DNA of 32,685 bases from an uncultured Gammaproteobacteria bacterium (GCA_964413295.1 CAYPRN010000003.1:1-32685); one strand, 5' to 3'. Counted from the stretch's first letter, positions 23,841-30,862 are shown. Program-made: numbers and translations. Notes: generated by a model not told the origin, from the sequence alone.

Positions 23841-24616
23841 TAACTTTCTGTAATAACCACATGTCCATCATCTGTCACCGCCACAGTGTGTTCAAAATGA
23901 GCCGCTAAACTTTTATCTTTGGTTATAAAACTAAAGTCATTTTTTCCAGTAGTCACCTGCCAATCCCCTTTGGTTACCATCGGTTCAATCGCAATCACCA
24001 AACCTGACTCTAATTTAATGTCAGATAAATCCTCTTCCTCTACATCATAGTTCGGCACTTGTGGCTCTTCGTGAACCGCATAACCAACACCATGCCCTAC
24101 CAATTCGCGCACTACATTAAATCCATTTGCTTCAGCGTTAATTTGAATAGCGCGGGCAATATCATACAAAGTATTCCCCGGCTTTACTTTTTTAATTGCT
24201 AACTCTAAACACTGTTCAGTTGTTTTAATAAGCTTAGCTGTGTCAGCTTCAACATCTCCCACCGGAACAGTAATAGCAGTGTCTGTAAAAAGATTTTTAT
24301 ATTTCATCCCAATATCTAAACTAATAATATCTCCTTGTTCTAAAAATCTACCAGGCTTTGCCGGAGCATGCACAATCTCTTCATTAATTGATGTACATAA
24401 AGCAGTCGGAAATGGCTGGGAATTTTTTGACTGTCTATAACCTTTAAAAGCAGGGACTCCCCCTGCTTTTTTTATTAATTCAATTGCTTTTTGCTCAAGC
24501 TCTGCTGTGTTAATTCCTGGCTTAACTAAATTACCTAGCTGTTGTAAAATCTCAGCCAAAATTTTTCCTCCTTCTCGTAAAATTTTTATTTCTTCTAGTG
24601 TTTTTAGTTTAATCAT
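23840..24616 (-). CDS. map: methionine aminopeptidase, type I
   Basis: 258 aa with the metal ligand context (DIISLDIG, HGVG, IEP, FEHT). Confidence 0.9.
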   Translation of the reverse strand: MIKLKTLEEIKILREGGKILAEILQQLGNLVKPGINTAELEQKAIELIKKAGGVPAFKGYRQSKNSQPFPTALCTSINEEIVHAPAKPGRFLEQGDIISLDIGMKYKNLFTDTAITVPVGDVEADTAKLIKTTEQCLELAIKKVKPGNTLYDIARAIQINAEANGFNVVRELVGHGVGYAVHEEPQVPNYDVEEEDLSDIKLESGLVIAIEPMVTKGDWQVTTGKNDFSFITKDKSLAAHFEHTVAVTDDGHVVITES

Positions 24617-24673
24617 ATGTTCAAGCTACTTTTTACGTATTTACGATTTTGTCAAACTATTAATTAGAAAATA

Positions 24674-24783
24674 GTTGTTTAGAAATTTGAAATTAGTAAT
24701 AGAAATTGGAAAATAGAAAGTCGGAAGTTTTTTCTAATTTCCAATTTTTATTTTCTATTACTATTTTCTAATTTCTAAACAAC
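24674..24783. repeat. long AT-rich palindromic element (GAAATTGGAAAATAGAAAG family), empty copy
   Basis: GTTGTTTAGAAATTTGAAATTAGTAATAGAAATTGGAAAATAGAAAG-loop-CTAATTTCCAATTTTTATTTTCTATTACTATTTTCTAATTTCTAAACAAC. Collinear with 3734..3892 minus the GC insert. Confidence 0.7.
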
Positions 24784-24839
24784 GAATTTCTATTATGATT
24801 AACGAGTTACAAGCCATTTAAAAACGTACAGTTATATTT

Positions 24840-25442
24840 CTACAAATGCTTCATAATATCCTCTGCCACCTTATCAATAGACTGTTCGCCATTAATAGTA
24901 ACGCACATTTCTTTATAATATTCCTTTAGTATTTTAGTTTGTTCATTGTAAATTCTTAGACGCTCTCTAATTGCGTCTTCTTGGTCATCTTCTCTTTGCG
25001 CTAAGCGGGAAATAATTTCCGGAGCCGGCCGAGGTTCAGTATATAAATTATAAATTTTATTATCAACCGGATCATAACGACGGTTAACTAAACGTTTAAC
25101 AGATTCTTCATCTGAAATTTTAATTTCAAATACATTAGTAACATCAACTGTTTGGCTTAAAGATTTGGATTGTTCTACTGTCCGAGGAAAACCGTCTAAA
25201 ATATATCCGTTTTCACAATCTGTCTGAGCAATGCGTTGATACATCAATTTAAAAACTAAATTATCAGAAACCAACCCCCCTTTAACCGTTGCCTGTTTTA
25301 TTTTTTCATCTACTTTAGCGACTTGACGGAATAAATCTCCAGTGGAAATATGCGGGATATTTAATTTTTCAGACAAAATTTTTGCCTGCGTTCCTTTGCC
25401 TGATCCTTGCGGACCAAATATAATAATAACTTTTTTATTCAT
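24840..25442 (-). CDS. adk: adenylate kinase
   Basis: 200 aa. P-loop GPQGSGKGTQ, then ISTGDLFR and GFPRT. Confidence 0.9.
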   Translation of the reverse strand: MNKKVIIIFGPQGSGKGTQAKILSEKLNIPHISTGDLFRQVAKVDEKIKQATVKGGLVSDNLVFKLMYQRIAQTDCENGYILDGFPRTVEQSKSLSQTVDVTNVFEIKISDEESVKRLVNRRYDPVDNKIYNLYTEPRPAPEIISRLAQREDDQEDAIRERLRIYNEQTKILKEYYKEMCVTINGEQSIDKVAEDIMKHL

Positions 25443-25469
25443 TGTTTTTAAACTTCTTTAATATTTATA

Positions 25470-25877
25470 TTAAGTGGCTAAATTTATTCTAGGCGGAGGT
25501 GTTGGAGCTTTTGACATTGTATTACTAGCAGGCGTATTTGTCAATGAACCAATTGTTTGAAATGGCCTAAGTGGCTTTACTGCGCGACTCTTATCTAACG
25601 CCCGCAAATATTTTGGCACAACTGGTTTTTTTTCTTTAATGTCATCGCCTCCGCTAACAGCTTTGATAATTTGTTTTCTTTTGCTGATTTGACTACCACT
25701 TACGCCAGCTTGTTTTAATTTTTCTGTTAAACCTCGTTCTGTAATTCCTCCTTTTGCCATATCAGCAACAGCTTCTTTAGCTTTTGTGCCTTGTAGTGTT
25801 TCGCCTTCAATTTTTACTTTACCAAATTCACTAGATGATACATTTTCAATGTCTCCTTGATAAATTTTATTTGCCAT
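25470..25877 (-). CDS. hypothetical protein with Pro-rich C-terminus
   Basis: 135-aa ORF preceded by GAGGA at 8-nt spacing. I recognise no family. Confidence 0.4.
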   Translation of the reverse strand: MANKIYQGDIENVSSSEFGKVKIEGETLQGTKAKEAVADMAKGGITERGLTEKLKQAGVSGSQISKRKQIIKAVSGGDDIKEKKPVVPKYLRALDKSRAVKPLRPFQTIGSLTNTPASNTMSKAPTPPPRINLAT

Positions 25878-25881
25878 ATGT

Positions 25882-26832
25882 TTATCCTCTATAAATTAAA
25901 AATGCGATATAAAATATGTATAAAGCGACAAATGTTCCGCCTTGCCAGCGCTGTAAGATCTGTTTTTTGCCGATAAACATAGATATAATCAATAGTACCG
26001 TAACGGCTATTACTATAAAAATATCTGCGTTTAAAGCCGGGGAAAATTCAATCGGACTGATAGTTGAACTGACGCCTAAGACTAAAAAAATATTAAAAAT
26101 ATTAGAGCCGACAACATTGCCGACAGCAATATCCACTTTTCTTTTATAAGTGGCGGCGACCGAAGCGGCCAATTCCGGTAAAGAAGTGCCGATGGCGATA
26201 ATGGTCAATCCGATAAACGCCTCGCTTAAACCAAACAGGCGGGCAATAGCCATGCCACCGTCAACTATGAATTGTGATCCTAGCGCCAAGCCAACCAAAC
26301 CGCCGATTATCATTAAAGAAGACTGGAACATACCGCGACTTTTCACTTCCAGATTCTGCTTTTCCGATTTCATGATGCTAAATACATAATACATAAAAAT
26401 TATAAAAAAACTTAAGAGAGCTAAACCCTCGCTACGGGATAAAAAATTAAAGTTGTAGCCGTCAATAAATTTATCATTGGCCAAAATGCCAATCATTAGC
26501 ACTGCCAGCAAGCTGAAAGGAATCTCTTTACGAATGGTATTTCTATGGACTGTTAGCGGATAAATCATGGCCGATATGCCTAAAATCAATAAAATATTGG
26601 CGATATTGCTACCTAAAATATTGCCGATAGTTATACCGGCGCTACCCTGGATGCTGGCAGTAACATTAACGAATAACTCTGGCGCCGAAGTACCCATTGA
26701 AACAATAGTCAAACCAATAAAAAGTGGCGACAAACCGAAACGTTTGGCGACTGCTGAAGCGCCCTCCACTAAATAATCGGCTCCCTTTATTAATATTATA
26801 AAGCCGACAATAAATAAAAAATAAATCCACAT
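25882..26832 (-). CDS. Ca2+/cation antiporter (CaCA, YrbG-like), paralogue 1
   Basis: 316 aa. Two alpha-repeat signatures (GTSAPELFV and GTSLPELAAS, each followed by GNV/ILGSNI). Confidence 0.85.
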   Translation of the reverse strand: MWIYFLFIVGFIILIKGADYLVEGASAVAKRFGLSPLFIGLTIVSMGTSAPELFVNVTASIQGSAGITIGNILGSNIANILLILGISAMIYPLTVHRNTIRKEIPFSLLAVLMIGILANDKFIDGYNFNFLSRSEGLALLSFFIIFMYYVFSIMKSEKQNLEVKSRGMFQSSLMIIGGLVGLALGSQFIVDGGMAIARLFGLSEAFIGLTIIAIGTSLPELAASVAATYKRKVDIAVGNVVGSNIFNIFLVLGVSSTISPIEFSPALNADIFIVIAVTVLLIISMFIGKKQILQRWQGGTFVALYIFYIAFLIYRG

Positions 26833-26842
26833 AAAAACTAAA

Positions 26843-27790
26843 TTATCTGTAAATTAAAAAACCGATATATAAAATATATAAAATTATAAAAACATACCCT
26901 TCCCATCTTTCCAATATTCTTTTTTTGTTGGTGTAAAGGGCGACGAGTAATAATATTGTTGCCACGCCGGCCACCAAAATATCAAAATTTAAATTAGCGG
27001 AAAATTCAACCGGCCGAATTAAAGCGCTGACTCCCAATATCCAAAATATCCTAAAAATATTGGAGCCGACCACATTCCCGACAGCAATATCGGTTTTTCC
27101 TTTATAAGTGGCTACACCAGAAGCCGCCAATTCCGGCAAAGAAGTGCCGATGGCGATAACTGTCAGCCCTATGACAGATTCTTTGATTTTTAAAAATTGG
27201 GCTAGCTGGACCGCTCCGTCCACAATCCATTTTCCTCCTAAAATTAATAAAGCGCATCCGCCTAAAATCATCAATGCTGATTTTAAACGTTTATGCCCTT
27301 TAGCAGGTGTCCTCCGCCCTTTTATATGCATGGCGCCAGCGACCGAATATAAAAAAATAATAAAGAAAAAAATTAAAATTAAACCATCGCCCCGGCTTAA
27401 AATATTAAACGGCTCATGAGTGATGAATTTATCATTGACCAAAACCGCTAAAACAACAACCGCTAATAAGCTTAACGGAATTTGACGACTGACTGTCGCC
27501 ACATTGACCGTCAACGGGGTTATTAAAGCGGCTGTCCCTAAAATAAGCAAAATATTGGCAATATTGCTGCCTAAAATAGTGCCAACGACTATGCCGGAGC
27601 GCCCCTCAATACTGGCTATTAAATTAACAAATAATTCCGGCGCTGAAGTGCCAAAAGCAACAATAGTCAAACCGATAAAAAACGATGTCCAGCCAAGCTG
27701 TTTAGCTATAGAAGATGCTCCCTCCACTAAATAATCAGCCCCCTTAATCAATACTACAAAACCGAGGATAAATAAAATATATATCAGCAT
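26843..27790 (-). CDS. Ca2+/cation antiporter (CaCA, YrbG-like), paralogue 2
   Basis: 315 aa, collinear with the neighbouring paralogue (same GTSAPELFVN / GTSLPELAAS motifs). Confidence 0.85.
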   Translation of the reverse strand: MLIYILFILGFVVLIKGADYLVEGASSIAKQLGWTSFFIGLTIVAFGTSAPELFVNLIASIEGRSGIVVGTILGSNIANILLILGTAALITPLTVNVATVSRQIPLSLLAVVVLAVLVNDKFITHEPFNILSRGDGLILIFFFIIFLYSVAGAMHIKGRRTPAKGHKRLKSALMILGGCALLILGGKWIVDGAVQLAQFLKIKESVIGLTVIAIGTSLPELAASGVATYKGKTDIAVGNVVGSNIFRIFWILGVSALIRPVEFSANLNFDILVAGVATILLLVALYTNKKRILERWEGYVFIILYILYIGFLIYR

Positions 27791-28018
27791 AACTATAATT
27801 GATAGATTATATGTTTATCATAGCATATTCAAGCTATATTTGAAAATTTTTGTAAAAAAATAAAACCCAGTGGATGGGCTATTTTTTACTACTTGCCTTG
27901 CCGTAGTTTTAGTGTAGGCAGGTCACGGTTTTACGGCGTATCCAAGTTCGTAGATAGAAGACTACTTATGTGCTACGTTTTATTTTCGTGGTATTTAATT
28001 TACGCTGTGGACAAGCTA

Positions 28019-28046
28019 TTGATATTTTTAACAAATTTGCTATACT
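28019..28046 (+). promoter_or_regulatory. sigma70-like promoter
   Basis: TTGATA-16 nt-TATACT. Confidence 0.4.
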
Positions 28047-28052
28047 ATAAGT

Positions 28053-28101
28053 GTATTTGGGGAAAGGCGCCGACCGTTAGGACGGTGGCTTTTTTCTTTT
28101 T
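28053..28101 (+). ncRNA. candidate ~45-nt small RNA (promoter directly followed by terminator)
   Basis: GUGUAUUUGGGGAAAGGC-GCCGACCGU-UAGG-ACGGUGGC-UUUUUUCUUUUU. Convergent with the DUF3800 gene and ends about 12 nt from its stop codon. Confidence 0.3.
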
Positions 28102-28112
28102 AATAACTAATA

Positions 28113-28915
28113 TTAGCTATTTTTATACTCTAAAGGCAATCTTTGTTTTAAATCTTTATTAACAAAAATATTAAATTTTTTATTACGAAACCCTTCAGTA
28201 AAATTTTTAACTCCTAAATTTTCTTTAATAAATTTAACTAATTCCTTCTTATTTTTATCTCCCTTATTAATAATGTTAGTTGCCATTTTTAAATCATAAT
28301 TAATTGCCCCAATAAAAAGATCAACAACCTGCAATAAATCATTTCCTCTTGAATCAAATCGGCATACTCCGATCATAACTAAGCGTCTAGCATTTCTATT
28401 AATTGTATTTTTTACTCCAACCTCATAATAAACATTTTTTGGAGTTGTTACGTGGTCAGCTAATAATATTAAAATCTCATTAGGACTTAAGGCTGATTCA
28501 GCTAAACGAATTGAAATTTCTTCATAAGCTGTCCACGGATTACCATTAAATTCTCTTTGAAAATAATTACCATGTTTGTCTACTGTATAAGAATAAAACC
28601 ATATACTTTTAGTATCCAAAAAAGCATCAATAGCAAATTTAGCAAAATCAATATTACGCCTAGATAATTTATTAAATTTCATTTCATCATGAAAATTTCT
28701 CTTATTTCTCTCATAAACTAATTTGCTATACAAATAATATGGTTTTGGCTACATTTAATTAAATCTACCGTGAAAAATGGAGCAGTTTTTGGATCTAAAC
28801 TCCCACTTTCATCAAAAAAACAAAACTTAGTCCAAATTTTATTATATTCTTTCAATTTCAGCTCTCCTGTTGAATCTACATTATCATGATCTTTATTTTT
28901 TCTTTTAAAAAACAT
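28113..28915 (-). pseudogene. DUF3800 family protein, split by a frameshift at an A4 run
   Basis: Track ORFs 28718..28915 (FFDESGS motif) and 28113..28733 (HDEMKF, LLQVVDLFIGAI motifs) are the N- and C-terminal parts of one DUF3800-type protein. The frames overlap at 28734..28748 around CCAAAACC. Confidence 0.65.
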
Positions 28916-28981
28916 ATTTTTAATATTTTTAATTTATTTCTCTAATCTTTAGTCTAACTCTCAAAAATACTAAAGTCAAAT

Positions 28982-29016
28982 AAAAAAGCCGTAATTTGTA
29001 AATTAAAATCACGGCT
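28982..29016 (-). terminator. intrinsic terminator after ORF 29049..29315
   Basis: The RNA reads AGCCGUGAUUUUAAUUUACAAAUUACGGCU followed by U6. Confidence 0.55.
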
Positions 29017-29048
29017 TGGATATTTTAACAAAACTATCTTGTTTTATT

Positions 29049-29315
29049 TCACCAAAAAATAACTAAAATATCCCCACCAAATTCTGGTTTCACCTCACTA
29101 TCAGAACAAAAGAATCTGTTTTTTATTTCTTCGGCCACTTCTTCTGATTTCACAACTCCTGTAATAATGACTGATCCGTTTTTATAATTTTTTACCGGAG
29201 TTCTACATCCAAATTCATTAAAAGCCACTTCTACTTCCATAATATAATCGCAACTCGCCACTTGCCCGTTGTCAGGATTTCTTACTTCAACTGTTACTTT
29301 TGTTTTTTTGCTCAT
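29049..29315 (-). CDS. small protein, island paralogue C (88 aa), function unknown
   Basis: Strong SD (AAAGGAGAAAGAACATG). Its N-terminus KVTVEVRNP resembles EVSVEFVERP of ORF 30456..30830. Its C-terminus LVIFW resembles CVFWP of ORF 29643..29903. Confidence 0.55.
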   Translation of the reverse strand: MSKKTKVTVEVRNPDNGQVASCDYIMEVEVAFNEFGCRTPVKNYKNGSVIITGVVKSEEVAEEIKNRFFCSDSEVKPEFGGDILVIFW

Positions 29316-29375
29316 GTTCTTTCTCCTTTACCCCGTGCCTTTCTTAAAAGGCTGGGTTGACTTAAATTAAAGAAC

Positions 29376-29411
29376 AAAAAAAACTGGCTCCCGCCGTTAA
29401 GCGGAAGCCAG
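29376..29411 (-). terminator. attenuator terminator (regions 3:4)
   Basis: The RNA reads CUGGCUUCCGC-UUAACG-GCGGGAGCCAG (11 bp) followed by U8, between the leader peptide and ORF 29049..29315. Confidence 0.65.
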
Positions 29412-29437
29412 TCTTGTTTCCCTAATGATGTTTTACT

Positions 29438-29539
29438 TTATTTTTGTGGCAAAACACCACCAAAACCTACACTTCCGCTTTTGCGGAAACCATAAAACCC
29501 AAAAAAGTTAAATGTAGATTTTGCTAGTGTCTTATTCAT
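29438..29539 (-). CDS. candidate leader peptide, 33 aa, Phe-rich (MNKTLAKSTFNFFGFYGFRKSGSVGFGGVLPQK)
   Basis: Hand-translated ORF starting about 4-11 nt after the -10 box, so possibly leaderless. Five Phe and one Tyr within codons 10-18. It overlaps the region 1:2 hairpin. Confidence 0.4.
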   Translation of the reverse strand: MNKTLAKSTFNFFGFYGFRKSGSVGFGGVLPQK

Positions 29540-29542
29540 ACC

Positions 29543-29591
29543 TGTGGATATATTAACATATATTTTTAAAAAGCGCAAGAGGTTATCCACA
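29543..29591 (-). promoter_or_regulatory. promoter bracketed by an inverted repeat of DnaA-box-like 8-mers
   Basis: Minus strand reads TTGCGC-17 nt-TAATAT (29578..29550). TGTGGATA (29543..29550) and TATCCACA (29584..29591) flank it. Confidence 0.5.
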
Positions 29592-29636
29592 AAAAAGAAA
29601 ATAGCCGTTTTTTCAATAGAAAATAACGGCTATTTT
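29591..29636 (-). terminator. intrinsic terminator after ORF 29643..29903
   Basis: The RNA reads AAAUAGCCGUU-loop-AACGGCUAUUU followed by UCUUUUUU. Confidence 0.6.
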
Positions 29637-29642
29637 AATAAA

Positions 29643-29903
29643 CTAAAGTACATGATTAAATCTTTTTGGCCAAAACACACAATCTGCTATTTCCACTTCT
29701 TCAGGATCAAGACCTAACGCTATAATAGCGCCATTAATCGCTTTCTTTTTTGCTATTTCTTCATCTTCATCAACGGCGCTACCGCTACATGACTCTTTTT
29801 TGCCTTCAGGACTAACAACCACACCAACTCTCCATTGTTCTCCATCAGGTCTAATATTACCATCTGTAATTCTCACTACTGTTTTCTCTTCAATAGCGCT
29901 CAT
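29643..29903 (-). CDS. small protein, island paralogue B (86 aa), function unknown
   Basis: Start set at MSAIEEK (29903), which has GGAGGTG at 5-nt spacing. The longer track version would translate the 33-nt palindrome. Shares the SGxx..A.K.AI.GA motif with ORF 30456..30830. Confidence 0.6.
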   Translation of the reverse strand: MSAIEEKTVVRITDGNIRPDGEQWRVGVVVSPEGKKESCSGSAVDEDEEIAKKKAINGAIIALGLDPEEVEIADCVFWPKRFNHVL

Positions 29904-29934
29904 AATTTCACCTCCGTTTGTTTGATTATTTTTT

Positions 29935-29967
29935 CTTGTCCGATAAGCAAATTGCTTATCGGACAAG
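29935..29967. repeat. 33-nt palindrome, copy 2 (31 nt upstream of the paralogue B start)
   Basis: CTTGTCCGATAAGCAAATTGCTTATCGGACAAG, with perfect 15-bp arms. Confidence 0.85.
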
Positions 29968-30032
29968 CTGACCTACTATCCTTGAAGTACCATTAATTCC
30001 TGTACCGCGCCAGTCAATTTTTTTCCCGTCTT

Positions 30033-30218
30033 TCACATGCACAAAATCAGGCCATTCAAAATTTGATCCGCCTTTTTTGATTCAACTAAAAACTTTATTC
30101 CCGGCGCGTTCAGCCCTTGCGCATATTCTTCAGCAGTAGATAAATTAGGAAATGTAGCCTGTAAAAAAGCCTCACTTGACTTTGAAGTAACTCTATAAAC
30201 AGCTGTAGGATGTCCCAT
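30033..30218 (-). CDS. small hypothetical protein (61 aa)
   Basis: Strong SD (AAAGGAGAAGAAAAATG). Third gene of the three-gene operon. Confidence 0.45.
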   Translation of the reverse strand: MGHPTAVYRVTSKSSEAFLQATFPNLSTAEEYAQGLNAPGIKFLVESKKADQILNGLILCM

Positions 30219-30232
30219 TTTTCTTCTCCTTT

Positions 30233-30454
30233 CTAAGAAGAAATAATAGTGAAAGGATCAATATTTCTTACAATGGCAGGTATTATTCTTTTCTGCAAGT
30301 CCTTAAGGTGAAATTGTAGTGATTCTCTTTTCCCTGAAGCAATTTTTTTTTGCGACAGCTTTTCTTCTATCGCTGTCGCCTGATCGCAACAACGTAGATA
30401 CTTGTCATACAAAACATCTGAACCGTTTAATCCTGATTCTTTATTTGCGCTCAT
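30233..30454 (-). CDS. small helical hypothetical protein (73 aa)
   Basis: Strong SD (AAGGAGAAATAAAATG). Its start lies 1 nt after the stop of the upstream ORF, which suggests translational coupling. Confidence 0.5.
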   Translation of the reverse strand: MSANKESGLNGSDVLYDKYLRCCDQATAIEEKLSQKKIASGKRESLQFHLKDLQKRIIPAIVRNIDPFTIISS

Positions 30455-30455
30455 T

Positions 30456-30830
30456 TTATTTCTCCTTCTTGCCCCGTCCTTTCGTGAGAGGCGAGGTTTT
30501 GGTTAGCTTTTTACAAATTTTATCAATGCCGCCATTTAAACGCTTACTTCCATGCCCATTCTTTGAGAAAGAAAACTTAATGTCACAAAAGTCTTTTTTA
30601 CCTATCAAACTTAATGCCCCTGCGATCGCATCCTTTAATGCCTGCTGAACATCTTTTCCTTCTCCACTCCACCGCACCTTAAAACTCCTTTTTTCAGAAA
30701 TTAATTTAACGCAAATATTCACATTGACAGTTTGACTGCCTCTTTTTACACTTCCGTTTCTACTGATAACCTTTTCAAAAAAAGGCCTTTCTACAAACTC
30801 TACACTTACTTCATTTTTCTCATCTGACAT
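30456..30830 (-). CDS. small protein, island paralogue A (124 aa) with basic C-terminal tail
   Basis: Strong SD (GAGGGAGGACGAACATCATG). Contains WSGEGKDVQQALKDAIAGALSLIG and the tail KKLTKTSPLTKGRGKKEK. Confidence 0.6.
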   Translation of the reverse strand: MSDEKNEVSVEFVERPFFEKVISRNGSVKRGSQTVNVNICVKLISEKRSFKVRWSGEGKDVQQALKDAIAGALSLIGKKDFCDIKFSFSKNGHGSKRLNGGIDKICKKLTKTSPLTKGRGKKEK

Positions 30831-30862
30831 GATGTTCGTCCTCCCTCTGTTTTGTTATTTTT

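Noticed and set aside
27893-28162. 89-aa plus-strand ORF.
   Set aside because: It has no RBS, begins with a non-ATG codon, spans a promoter-like element and an intrinsic terminator, and overlaps the DUF3800 3' end.
28734-28748. Programmed -1 ribosomal frameshift in DUF3800.
   Set aside because: The overlap lacks an X XXY YYZ slippery heptamer, and I see no obvious downstream pseudoknot or hairpin. A homopolymer indel or an assembly error is the simpler explanation.
29543-29591. DnaA boxes as a chromosomal or plasmid replication origin.
   Set aside because: There are only two boxes, precisely bracketing a promoter. There is no box cluster, no AT-rich unwinding repeats beyond background, and no dnaA/dnaN or rep gene nearby.
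29904-29966. Longer version of ORF B (107 aa).
   Set aside because: The extra 21 codons would translate the 33-nt palindrome. The internal ATG at 29903 has GGAGGTG at ideal spacing, and the paralogue ORF A shows the same leader layout.
29935-29967. The 33-nt palindromes as intrinsic terminators or integron attC sites.
   Set aside because: No U-run follows the stem on either strand. There is no GTTRRRY-type core or integrase gene, and the arms are perfect rather than attC-like with extrahelical bases.
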